From assembly GCA_963693365.1 (NCBI GenBank), contig CAVNZM010000003.1, forward strand, positions 8,786,046-8,850,045: a stretch of 64,000 bases of DNA. Direction: 5' to 3'. Below are positions 36,497 to 64,000 of this stretch, in pieces. Made by a program: the position numbers and the translations under genes. The DNA comes from Amoebidium appalachense. Its lineage: Eukaryota; Protista; Ichthyosporea. The notes beneath the pieces are model-generated. The model had not been told where the DNA came from. It saw nothing but the letters and a program-made list of their open reading frames with translations, and ran no database searches. The stretch's first letter is position 1. Each line of letters opens with the position of its first letter.

Positions 36497-37410
36497 TTTT
36501 TTTTCAGGGGGTTGGGTTTTTGGGGGTGGGGGGGGGGGGGGGGGGGGGGGAGGGGGGGGGGAGGGGGAGGGGGGGGGGGGGGGACAAGGGGCAGGCAATA
36601 GTTGCTGTAAATTCATTGAATTCATGTGTGCTCTTACAGGTAGTCTACATAGCGACACCCCCAGCAAGCCACTGCTCCTACGTGCAGCTGGCGGCCAAAT
36701 ATGGGAAGCACGTGTTTGTCGAAAAGCCCCTTTCTGTCTCTCTGCAGGACGGTGAGCAGATAGTGCAGGCAATGAAAATTGGGGGGATTCAAAGCGCCGT
36801 TGATTTTCCTTTGGCGAACATGCCGTCCGACTACAAACTGCGGGAGATATTGTCGAGTGGAGTGATTGGTACCCCCCTGCAACTGAGGATGAGATTTCAC
36901 TTTCAAGCGTGGCCGAGGGATTTCCAAGCCAGTTGCTCGTGGCTGGGAAAAAGAGTGGAGGGGGGGTTTGTGCGAGAAGTTGTGTCGCATTTTGTCGACA
37001 TGACACACAGACAACTCGGCCTGTTTCAAATTTCCAATCACGCCGTCAAATATCCAACCGATATCTCGGACGGCGCCGAGACCGAAGTGACCGCCACAGG
37101 TTATATCCAACAGTCAGATGTGAAAATTGGGGTAGATATATTCGGGACAGTGGGGAAAACGGATAGTGGGGAAGATATCTACGAGTGGACTGTGCAGGGG
37201 ACAAAAGGGGCCGTGAAAATGATGGACTGGGTGGATTTACAAATGAAAAGCGATGGAGAGTGGCGGAAAATGCCAGTGGATTCCGAGCCTTTCTACGGGA
37301 AACTGCAATTGGATGCGCTATTGGGGCGGATTGAAGGCAGGGCTGTGGCTCTACCGACGGTGGAAGATGCTTTTGAGGTGCAGAAGGTTATTGAGTCTCT
37401 TTTGAGCTAA
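35226..37410 (+). CDS. Gfo/Idh/MocA family NAD(P)-dependent oxidoreductase (2 exons)
   Basis: Exons 35226-35405 and 36640-37410 (CAG|GTAAG ... TACAG|G, phase 0). Rossmann VGIVGYGVMG, VVYIATPPASH, GKHVFVEKPL, GGFVREVVSHF. Confidence 0.93.
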
Positions 37411-37504
37411 TATTAGATTATAAATATGCCTCCCCCCCCCCCCCCCCCCCCCCCTTCTTCTCCTGCTTCACACAATACACACTGGCGCAAAATCGGAATG
37501 AGCA

Positions 37505-37548
<44 letters not shown>

Positions 37549-37616
37549 TCCTCTCAGTGCACGCCCACACGCGTCCCCAAGGGCACACTGCAGGCACACA
37601 CACAGACACGCGTGCG

Positions 37617-37683
<67 letters not shown>

Positions 37684-38033
37684 GGCTGAGAACATATTGG
37701 TGCTTGATACGTGCTTCGATTTTGTTCTTGCCATGGACTGTTGTTTGCAGGTGACGTTAAATTTACTCTGATTAGTTAGTGGATTATCCATGACACATGT
37801 CAGATTCCATATATGTTCATATGTACCAATGTCATTATGTAGACTTCGTATTCTGGCTATGGTTCCTATGTGCTTTTTATACTTAAAATTGGTTGAACGG
37901 CACCCAGATTTTACTCAAGTTGATATATCATATTTAGATGTACTGTGTATTGTTACATGTGTAAGGTCTTGTATGTGCATTTCTGCTTAGAATTGGGTAA
38001 ACGGTGCACGAGGTTTGAAAAGCTTTGAGCGTG

Positions 38034-38084
<51 letters not shown>

Positions 38085-38698
38085 AAGCATTCACATATGT
38101 GTGCATGTACACATGTGTGGATTTGTATGCCGCTGTGTATGCAAGTGCACATACCGCACAGTACTGTAAATGTGCTTGAGTGTGCAGGGGTGTGTGTTCA
38201 CATGGAGCCGGGGGAGTATGTACTAGAGGAGGGACACACGTAACCCACAAACGGATATTTTTTTTTTGGGGGGGGGGGGGGCACGATGTGTACATGTGTA
38301 AGTAATCTTGTCGACGTCACTTCCAGTCCGAGTAAAGCCTGTTTCATATTTTGTTGTGGCGCATTACAATGCACCGATGCCACATATGTACAGTAGAAGT
38401 CAGGCCACACACGTACATGCCCATATATGGGTTGTGATCACAAGAACTCACCACATTTTTATAGAAAAGCCCGTGCCCCCCCCCCCCACCTCACCCCACC
38501 CTACCCACCCACCACCACCACCACCATCACCCACCCACACACACACCCAAACACCCACAAACAGAAACACATCCTCACGCACACACATTCCCATAGCCCA
38601 CATATGCATACACCTTACGTTCTTCCTTCATTCCAAACCACTATGAATACGTCTGTTTTATATCAAAGTTCTATCATGTAACTACTTCAAAATCACCC

Positions 38699-38754
<56 letters not shown>

Positions 38755-38948
38755 AGAGCCACGAAGGTGTCAGGAGAACAACTAATCACACACCCTAGAC
38801 CTATTCTTCATAATCCCAGTATGGTTATATAAATCAATAGACGATTACAAATGTATAACAGGCGACAATTAATCTTGCGGTTCAGTTTTAACCTATATAT
38901 TCATCATATTCATATGCACCCAGCACGCCGATTACCTTCAACTCATGG

Positions 38949-56374
<17,426 letters not shown>

Positions 56375-56796
56375 TTTGAGAGTTGTCCCGTGCCTTGCGG
56401 CTCTTTCTCCTTATATTTATAGTACGGCTACGACTTCTAAAAGCAACAAAAGAACATGAGGTTACAAGACGGATCCAGCTTCTGGAAAACCCCCTTAACA
56501 ACCAGCTACCTGGTGAGGCCCAGGCGGGTTTGTTTTCGGCTATGGTATGAAGCCTGCACCATAAAGAGAATTGTAGTGAACCATACAGTATAACACTGCC
56601 TTTTAGGCACTGTAATCTCCCAACCGGCCTTAGCTAAAGGTACGAAACGTGGCGGAGGCCGTACGACCAGCAGTCCCATACATCATCAGTGTACACAGCG
56701 GCTGGCACTCACGGTGAAGTGTGGCTCACTTGATTGCGCAAACAGCATGACGTCATCGCCCAAAATACGAGAAACCCAAAATGATAAGTGTGTGTG

Positions 56797-57027
56797 GGGG
56801 TTTACGCTGTTTACTCGAGGCAAAGAGAACCGGGGTTTACGCTGTTTACTCGAGGCAAAGAGAACCAGTCTCAGGTATGGGGGGGGGGGGTTTTGCTCGG
56901 AATATCCCCTCAGCGGTATATCATGATCACGTACATAGATGTCGGGTGGTGACTATATATCAGGGTTTACTTTCTCTACGAGACACCATAAAGACTACAA
57001 GGAGAAATCAATTAGTTGGGGTTCCCC

Positions 57028-57081
<54 letters not shown>

Positions 57082-57113
57082 GGGCTCCCCTCGGGACACT
57101 CGGTATCAGCTGG

Positions 57114-57164
<51 letters not shown>

Positions 57165-59748
57165 TGTGTGTGTGTGCGCGTGCGCTATAATTTTGTAGTG
57201 ATGTGTTTCTCAAGCCAATCAATACATCTAATAAACAGGTCGTAGTTACGCGTGTTTAGTATAAAATCAAGGATGTTGTAATTTACAGGTAGGCTATCTT
57301 TCTGGGTGTCTGTTGTGAATGTGACGTGTGTGTGTTGCGGTATTATGTGGTCTATCAAACTACATTTGGCGATACATGACCGGTTAAACTGGTGTGTGTG
57401 TGTGTTGTTTGGGCATGCAAATGATGCCACCTTATACTTATTAGATCTCCACTGTATAGCACGTGTACAGTAAAAGCGTGGTAATTGATCAATAATACCA
57501 TCAGCTAGAGAAAGACCAGTTCTACAGGAAGGTAATATGTATTTAGGTGTTATACACTTGCGAGTGCCATATTTGGCAATATGGTTGAGGCGGTCAGTAT
57601 ATATAAAACGAGACATAAGGCTTAGTTTTTCAAGGTGTATGCTTTCATCGGGTCTAGTGTCGTGTGGTATCTTTTTCCATTTGTTATATTGCGTGATTAT
57701 CTTGTGATTGTGTACATGTTTAATAAGTAAGTGGCAGTCCAAAGTCACACACACACTATTGCGGGGTTTATTTGTATTTGTGCCCAGGGGAGAAGGGGAG
57801 AGAGAGGGGAGGAAAGAGGGGAGAGGTGAGGAGGGGACAGGTCGGATAGAGAAGAGAGGGTGGGAGGGCAAATACTTCTTTAAGCGGCTTATGTGCTTAT
57901 TGAATTTCAGCGCGAGATAGGATACTCTAGCAGCTATTGGGACCAGACCATATATCGAGAGCGTTACAGGCCCAGGTTTACAACAGTTGTTAGATAGAAA
58001 GGAGGCAACTTCTGCTTCAAGGAAATTTGCCAAGGGTTTAAGCGCTCTAGTTCTCTCTTTCTTGATCCAAGCGGCGAGAAGGGGTAAACCATATTCACAT
58101 GCCGGGAAGACAAAAGTGCGAATAAATGTAAGTCTAATAGAAGGATGGAGGGGTGTGTCTTTAAAAATATTAGCCGAGAAGAAAGCTAACCGCTTACGAG
58201 CCAACTCTACCCTCTTTTCGACCATATGGGGAAACATAACACCAACAGAATCAACCGGAACACCAAGATATTTGTATTCTGGAACTATAGGTACAGGTTT
58301 AGATGATAATGTAAATGTGTGTAAATTGTTAGCTATATCAGGTACAAGAACACCACATTTGTCTATGTTAAGGATCATAAGGTTTGCCTTGCACCACTCT
58401 GACACTACATCGAACAATCTTTGCAGGCGTCTAGGGGTACGGGCAAGGAGGGACAGATCATCAGCATAGAGAAGTGCAGGCGGAAAGTTATTAATAGGGT
58501 CATCGTTTTCGGCGTAAATCTTGACAGCCAAATCATCTATAAATAGGTTAAACAAAAAGGGGCTAAGCAATGAACCCTGCAAGAGACCTCTAGTACGAGC
58601 AAAACCATATGAAAGATGCCCATTAACCACAGCTCTACCATAGGTTTGAGACAAGAGTGCTTCTAACAGAACACCAATGCAGTGTGGTACACCCCGTGCA
58701 GCAAGCTTTTCCCATAGGAGACCAGGGGAGACAGAATCGTAAGCAGTTTTCCAATCAATAAAGCCAACATATTGTGCACCAACTTGCATAGAATCGTGCA
58801 GTGCCATTATTTGAACATAACATGAATTGTTTTTACGAAAAGCGGATTGGCATGGGTGTATGTGAAGAATAGATTGAAACCTAGGGTGATGTGCAAATAA
58901 CCTAAGTAAGCAAGCTTCAAAGAATCTACGAACAACCTGGGTTAGTGTAATGGGGCGAAAGGATGATATGGGGCCCTCAGAGTCCTTCTTAACTATGGGG
59001 ATCACTAAGGTATCTAACCAAGATGACGGGACATGTCCACATTTAACACACCAAGAAAAGAGAGAGCTTAACATGATAGTAAGATCAGGTTTAATAGCAC
59101 GATCACTTTCCTTTTGTGGGTAGGAGGGAACAAGGATTTTAAGAAACCCAGCAGGGAGTCCATCAGGTCCACAAGACTTACTAGAGCTATAACTAGATAT
59201 CACAGACCATATGGCATCGGGACTGAAAAAGGGGAGGATCGATTCTATGGGGATAGATGGGTCTACAGGCCACACAATAGGTTTCTGAGCGGGGGTCCTA
59301 TCTTTAAACAGTTCCGAGAAATACTTATCAGAGTCTATGAGGGGGTCTCCAGTGGTATCACCAATAATACGAGCAGGGGGGCCAAATCGATTCATACTAG
59401 CAAGCCGGCGCAAGCTTTCCTTTTGAGACAGGGGTTCACCTAGTCTAGCGGGAGTGGTGTTTGGTAACAAGAGAGCATCGGGATATTCCTTCCTACCACC
59501 GCCAGCATAATCACCGAGATCTATCAAATCATCAACAATAAAGTTAGTGCATGTATCTAGTACGAGATGTGAATCTGGCAAAGAGAACCAGTCTCAGGTA
59601 TGGGGGGGGGTTTTGCTCGGAATATCCCCTCAGCGGTATATCATGATCACGTACATAGATGTCGGGGTGGTGACTATATATCAGGGTTTACTTTCTCTAC
59701 GAGACACCATAAAGACTACAAGGAGAAATCAATTAGTTGGGGTTCCCC

Positions 59749-59792
<44 letters not shown>

Positions 59793-59824
59793 GGGCTCCC
59801 CTCGGGACACTCGGTATCAGCTGG

Positions 59825-59899
<75 letters not shown>

Positions 59900-59997
59900 T
59901 GCGCTATAATTTTGTAGTGATGTGTTTCTCAAGCCAATCCATACATCTAATAAACAGGTCGTAGTTACGCGTGTTTAGTATAAAATCAAGGATGTTG
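56797..59997 (-). mobile_element. Non-LTR (LINE-like) retrotransposon compound insertion with terminal direct repeats and a 12-bp TSD
   Basis: An RT ORF with ~425-bp direct repeats (56854-57281 and 59577-60000), each made of the ORF 3' end plus 3' UTR. A 35-bp tandem duplication lies at the 3' end (56797-56831/56832-56866). TAAGTGTGTGTG occurs at both 56785-56796 and 59998-60009. Confidence 0.88.
57185..59581 (-). CDS. Non-LTR retrotransposon reverse transcriptase, 5'-truncated (no endonuclease domain, no ATG at the start)
   Basis: Uninterrupted 798-codon frame: KSCGPDGL, VPSSWLDTLVIPIVKK, FRPITL, QSAFRK, FIDWKTAYDSV, GLLQGSLLSPFLFNLFIDDL, LLYADD, LNIDKC, YKYLG, and a C-terminal Cys/His cluster (WR...CP...FNRSCIAKC). 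Confidence 0.93.
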   Translation of the reverse strand: MPDSHLVLDTCTNFIVDDLIDLGDYAGGGRKEYPDALLLPNTTPARLGEPLSQKESLRRLASMNRFGPPARIIGDTTGDPLIDSDKYFSELFKDRTPAQKPIVWPVDPSIPIESILPFFSPDAIWSVISSYSSSKSCGPDGLPAGFLKILVPSYPQKESDRAIKPDLTIMLSSLFSWCVKCGHVPSSWLDTLVIPIVKKDSEGPISSFRPITLTQVVRRFFEACLLRLFAHHPRFQSILHIHPCQSAFRKNNSCYVQIMALHDSMQVGAQYVGFIDWKTAYDSVSPGLLWEKLAARGVPHCIGVLLEALLSQTYGRAVVNGHLSYGFARTRGLLQGSLLSPFLFNLFIDDLAVKIYAENDDPINNFPPALLYADDLSLLARTPRRLQRLFDVVSEWCKANLMILNIDKCGVLVPDIANNLHTFTLSSKPVPIVPEYKYLGVPVDSVGVMFPHMVEKRVELARKRLAFFSANIFKDTPLHPSIRLTFIRTFVFPACEYGLPLLAAWIKKERTRALKPLANFLEAEVASFLSNNCCKPGPVTLSIYGLVPIAARVSYLALKFNKHISRLKKYLPSHPLFSIRPVPSSPLPSFLPSLSPSPLGTNTNKPRNSVCVTLDCHLLIKHVHNHKIITQYNKWKKIPHDTRPDESIHLEKLSLMSRFIYTDRLNHIAKYGTRKCITPKYILPSCRTGLSLADGIIDQLPRFYCTRAIQWRSNKYKVASFACPNNTHTHQFNRSCIAKCSLIDHIIPQHTHVTFTTDTQKDSLPVNYNILDFILNTRNYDLFIRCIDWLEKHITTKL

Positions 59998-60391
59998 TAA
60001 GTGTGTGTGTGCTTTATTGTAATGTTGCCGTTTGTTGCATTTGCCTGCCAGAGCGCTTTCTTTCCTTTTATGAGTTCGCCTGCATGCATATGCCAGCCGT
60101 CATGAGGGCACACGATCCCGATGGCCGTGCTCTAGCTTGCCTTGTCATAGCGAGGCCAAGGCGATGGCCATTGCATGAGCATGTCAAGTATACAAAGTAC
60201 CCTTATATTTAGTCCCAATCCATGCATATGTTAGTTTATAGTATAATTTGTCAACGATAATTGCCAAACATGTACACAAACACAGGGGTTAAACTACGGT
60301 AGTGGGCCCAGTGCATTCACCTGAAATTCGCAACAACTCCCTCCCCCCTCCCTCCCCCCACCTTCTCCACCCCCCCCCCCCCCCCCCGGCG

Positions 60392-60463
<72 letters not shown>

Positions 60464-61294
60464 CAACTACAAAGCACCCTGATTAGTAAGCCAGTCATAA
60501 TGCCCCCGACCCCCCCCCCCCCCCCCCCTTCCTCCTCTTCCTCCCCCCCCCCCCCCCCTTTCTCCCTTCCCCCACAGGGAAAAAAAAAAAAAAAAAAACA
60601 CCTACCCACCACCACCGGCATCGGCACCACTAACACATCCGATAAATGCCTATTTGCATTTGCGCACATGCCAGATGTCTCTTGCAATTATAATGCCTTT
60701 TTATTTCTCATGCCGGGCCCAGAACATGATGAAAGGACAGACAAGCCGCCTCTAACTAATATCCACATTCCTCAGGCTGCCCTAAGACTTTCCTTCTTAC
60801 TTCAGTTCTCCCCTTGTGTGTGTGTGTGTTATGATGGTTGGGGAGAAAGGTGCCCCGGGGAGAGGGGGGAGGGGGTTGGGGGAGGCCCTGGGGGGGAGGG
60901 GGGGGGGGGGAGGCTATCAACGCAAAACTTTACAAAATAATGTGCACAGCATCCCTTTGTACACGTGTTATATATCATAATTGCAACGGCATTCAAAAGA
61001 ATTCTAAAGCACAGGACTCAGTATATGTGTGAGTTCTTACGACATTTTCACCACATAGCCAAACTTTTGGAGTGAGGCCTTCAGGTGGGGCCGGTACCCA
61101 CCCAAACAAGTTAGTGCGGAAAGATGCGATCAATTTATCAAACTTAACATATTTCACTGGCTGCTAGCCTGCTAGGTCTTGCATTCCTATGTACGGGGGT
61201 AGGCATCCCCGCACTTCCCAAACTACTCAGACAGAGCCCCCCCACATGTTTGTAATACAGATTCCCCACCCCAAAATTCCTGTTCATACAAACT

Positions 61295-62183
61295 TCAACG
61301 TGATGATTTTTGGCCAATCGCAATCGCCTGGAAGATGGGATATGCACTGACAAGCAACACACTAATAATAGAACCTAGACTTATAATTAGGCCCACCAAT
61401 CATAAGGGCAATAGTGGGTTCGTCTTGGACTGAACAGCCTCTAAGGCAACTACCAATAGAAACAGAGCACACAGCTGGAGGCAGCTCAGACCAACGTATG
61501 CGCCCGGATATCTCGGTCCGAAAACACGCAAAACATAAAACGCATAAAATGCACCAACCAATACGTACAAGGCAATAAAAGTGGTGGTTGCCACTCCTAG
61601 TACTATTAGGTTGTGCATAAGAAATACAGACGGCTGACCCAACACAATTACATCTTCCGAAAGTATACGCGATTGAAATCTCGGTTGATGTCTCCTCGAA
61701 ACAGGATTAAATCCTAGGAACAGGGATATAATAAGGGTAAGAGGAATCAAAACAGAAAGAGAAAAGGCGAAAACCGGAGCAATCATATCTGCCAAATATC
61801 CGTGAACTTGCAGGTTTTCATCTTTCCTTTCGCTCCTTGGGTTTTTGGCGGTTGTTGTGTAGAATGCTCGAAGCATTACTCGGTGCCCATAGGGTATCAT
61901 TGAAATTCCGGAATAGACCAATCCCAAAGCAGTGTTGATTTCCTTTCCGGGCCATCCAACCAATAGGCTTCTTACTTATGAGACAGAGGCCCAAAATACA
62001 AACGAACAAAACTGCCCGTGGGTTTATAACGGGGGATCTATTCCACATTGTAAATATCCCCCGAAAATTACCACCCGCTACCACCGCGTACGCTCCTGCC
62101 GTTGCTTCCAATGCCTTTGCTTGCGTATATTTTGCCACACTTATATCTACATGAAATTCCACAGACGGGATATCCGGGGGCAT
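61295..62183 (-). pseudogene. Disrupted multi-pass membrane protein of unknown family
   Basis: Overlapping hydrophobic ORFs (62234-61818 and 61963-61400) imply a frameshift near 61970. Past the TGA at 61402-61400 the same frame continues with another TM-like stretch (LVGLIISLGSILLVLLVSAYPIF) up to a TGA at 61297-61295. Confidence 0.55.
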
Positions 62184-62807
62184 ATTTGAAATGTCCGATC
62201 TGCAAATTCGATTGTTGACCCGCAAATCTACCACCTCTTTTCCTACTGACTCATTGCATTGGTGGGTGCCTGTGGATTGCTTTGATTGCCAATGGTCACG
62301 TGATCGGCGGAACGTGGCGGAAGGAGAGAGGCAAATGATGACTCTATGGTCTCACATGCCCGGCTGTGCCACTGTGTGTTCGCGTTTTTTTTGGTTCGAG
62401 TATTGTTGGGAGGGTGGGTGGGTGGATGGTGGGTTTCGGGTGGTGGTGGTGATGGTGGTTAAAAAAGGGTGGGGGAGAGGAGGGGAGGAGGGGGCGGGGG
62501 AGGGGGGGGGGGGGGGGGGGGGGGGGGAGCAAAACATACAAAATTGTGTCTCAAAGGCGCCTTGGGTGAAATCAACTCATCATAGTACGGCGGAATATCA
62601 TGCAGAAAATTTTAAAACGACACTCCATTGGCTAATCTAGCAACACACTTCTCTCAATAGATCCACGGGGTAATTTCCCACTCAGGGTTCCACATGGAAG
62701 GGCTTCTATATCCGTTTGGAATATTAAAGTTATTTGTGATAGGATCAATATCAGGTGAAAAATCCCAGGGGGCGCTATGCGTCCCATGCACCCACATCTG
62801 TGACGGT

Positions 62808-63312
62808 TGATTTATGGTTGAAGGTAATTATGTGCATGTGTGGATGGCGGATATCCAAGAGAAGGAGAGCTAGCATCCAGCTGGCCCACTGAACCGGCTC
62901 GGACTCCTGTGCGGATATGTGTGAGGCGAGATAGTTCAATTGGGATGAAAAGGCCTAAATGAACTTGTGACATTGAATATACCAAAATTTGGAACTTTGG
63001 AAGTATTTGGTCATCATTTAAAAATCATATGAGTTGTGTATAATATTTATGCACAAGGTTCTCGTTCTATAAGGAGTGTGTGGGTGGGTGCTCGAGAGTC
63101 CCTGGGGAGGGGGGGGGGGGGGGGGGGGGGGGGAGAGGGGCTAGGATAGAGGAGGCTAAAGCGCGCAAGAGGAATGCACATGTATAGATTTGTGGAAGTT
63201 TTACTTACGCCAGAGATACCATGTAAAATTTGGATATGTTAGAAATACTCGATTACGACCTGGATATACCAAAAACACGGCTCGGTACTGCTCAGGTAAA
63301 GATTTCAAATAA

Positions 63313-63344
<32 letters not shown>

Positions 63345-63383
63345 TGTGTTTGTGTGTGTGTGTGTGTGTGTGTTTGTGTGTGC

Positions 63384-63418
<35 letters not shown>

Positions 63419-63528
63419 CGTGTGCGCGCGCGTGTCAATGTAAGTGCTGTGTGTGTGTGCGCGCGTATGTATGTGTGCCAGCGCCGGTGCATGTGTGCGT
63501 GCGTGCGTGCGTACGTGCGCGTGTGTGA

Positions 63529-63607
<79 letters not shown>

Positions 63608-63614
63608 TGTGTGT

Positions 63615-63651
<37 letters not shown>

Positions 63652-63963
63652 CGTGTGTGTCAGTGTAAGTGCTGTGTGTGTGTGTGTATGTCTGTGCATA
63701 TATGTGTCCAGGTGCATGTGTGCGTGCATGCACGTTTGTGAGTATGTGTGTGTGTGCGTGCGCGCATGTACGTGTGTCACAGTGTGCGTGTGCGTGTGTG
63801 TTGTGGAGATCAGTTGAGAAGATCAGAGGGCTGGTAGAAAGAGAGGGCATCTTGTTTACGTAATTACAAAACAAAAACACAACATACACATTAAAAGCAC
63901 GTGGTGTGTGTTTTCGTACCTTATTTCCCAGGGATACCACCATCGTTCTCATGAGGGGGATCT
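62808..63963 (-). other. Possible 3' exons of a minus-strand gene entering from the window edge
   Basis: Non-repetitive islands bounded by plausible sites (TTCCAG|...AATAAG|GTACGA near 63920-63961; GAGCAG|...TGGC|GTAAGT near 63209-63287; TTTAG| near 62954) can be joined in frame. No recognisable domain. Confidence 0.25.
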
Positions 63964-64000
63964 GGAAGGGCAGAACACCAATCAGAATGTCCGTGTCAGG

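Noticed and set aside
56854-60000. LTR retrotransposon or Penelope element
   Set aside because: The direct repeats include the ORF 3' end and lack TG...CA, PBS and PPT. The RT motifs are LINE-type, and no GIY-YIG domain or hammerhead core was seen.

Overview
Eukaryotic, intron-rich genomic DNA with GT-AG introns filled with poly(C)/poly(G), (CA)n/(TG)n and poly(A/T) tracts. The organism is not identifiable from sequence alone; a unicellular opisthokont is a guess. Most ORFs in the supplied track are artefacts of these simple repeats. Supported genes: a 9-exon mitochondrial long-chain acyl-CoA dehydrogenase (+); a single-exon, repeat-containing type-I membrane mucin-like gene with a 1-bp frameshift (-); an intronless PARP catalytic domain fused to a Deltex C-terminal (DTC)-like domain (-); a 10-exon F-box/LRR gene (+); a 2-exon, bacterial-looking Gfo/Idh/MocA oxidoreductase (+); a large FAF1-like UBA-UBL-UAS-UBX gene of at least 18 exons (-); and a disrupted multi-pass membrane protein ORF (-). 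Mobile DNA: an internally deleted Ty1/copia element with two ~626-bp LTRs; a non-LTR RT element inserted as a head-to-tail compound (pseudo-LTR) inside a 12-bp target-site duplication; a probable decayed CACTA-like transposase; and an unnamed ~385-bp structured repeat (5 young copies plus older decayed ones) that sits in C-tracts, sense to the host gene in every intronic case. The best leads are the PARP-DTC fusion, the intronic sense-oriented element and its possible LINE partner, and simple-repeat-defined splice-site architecture. All coordinates were read by eye.
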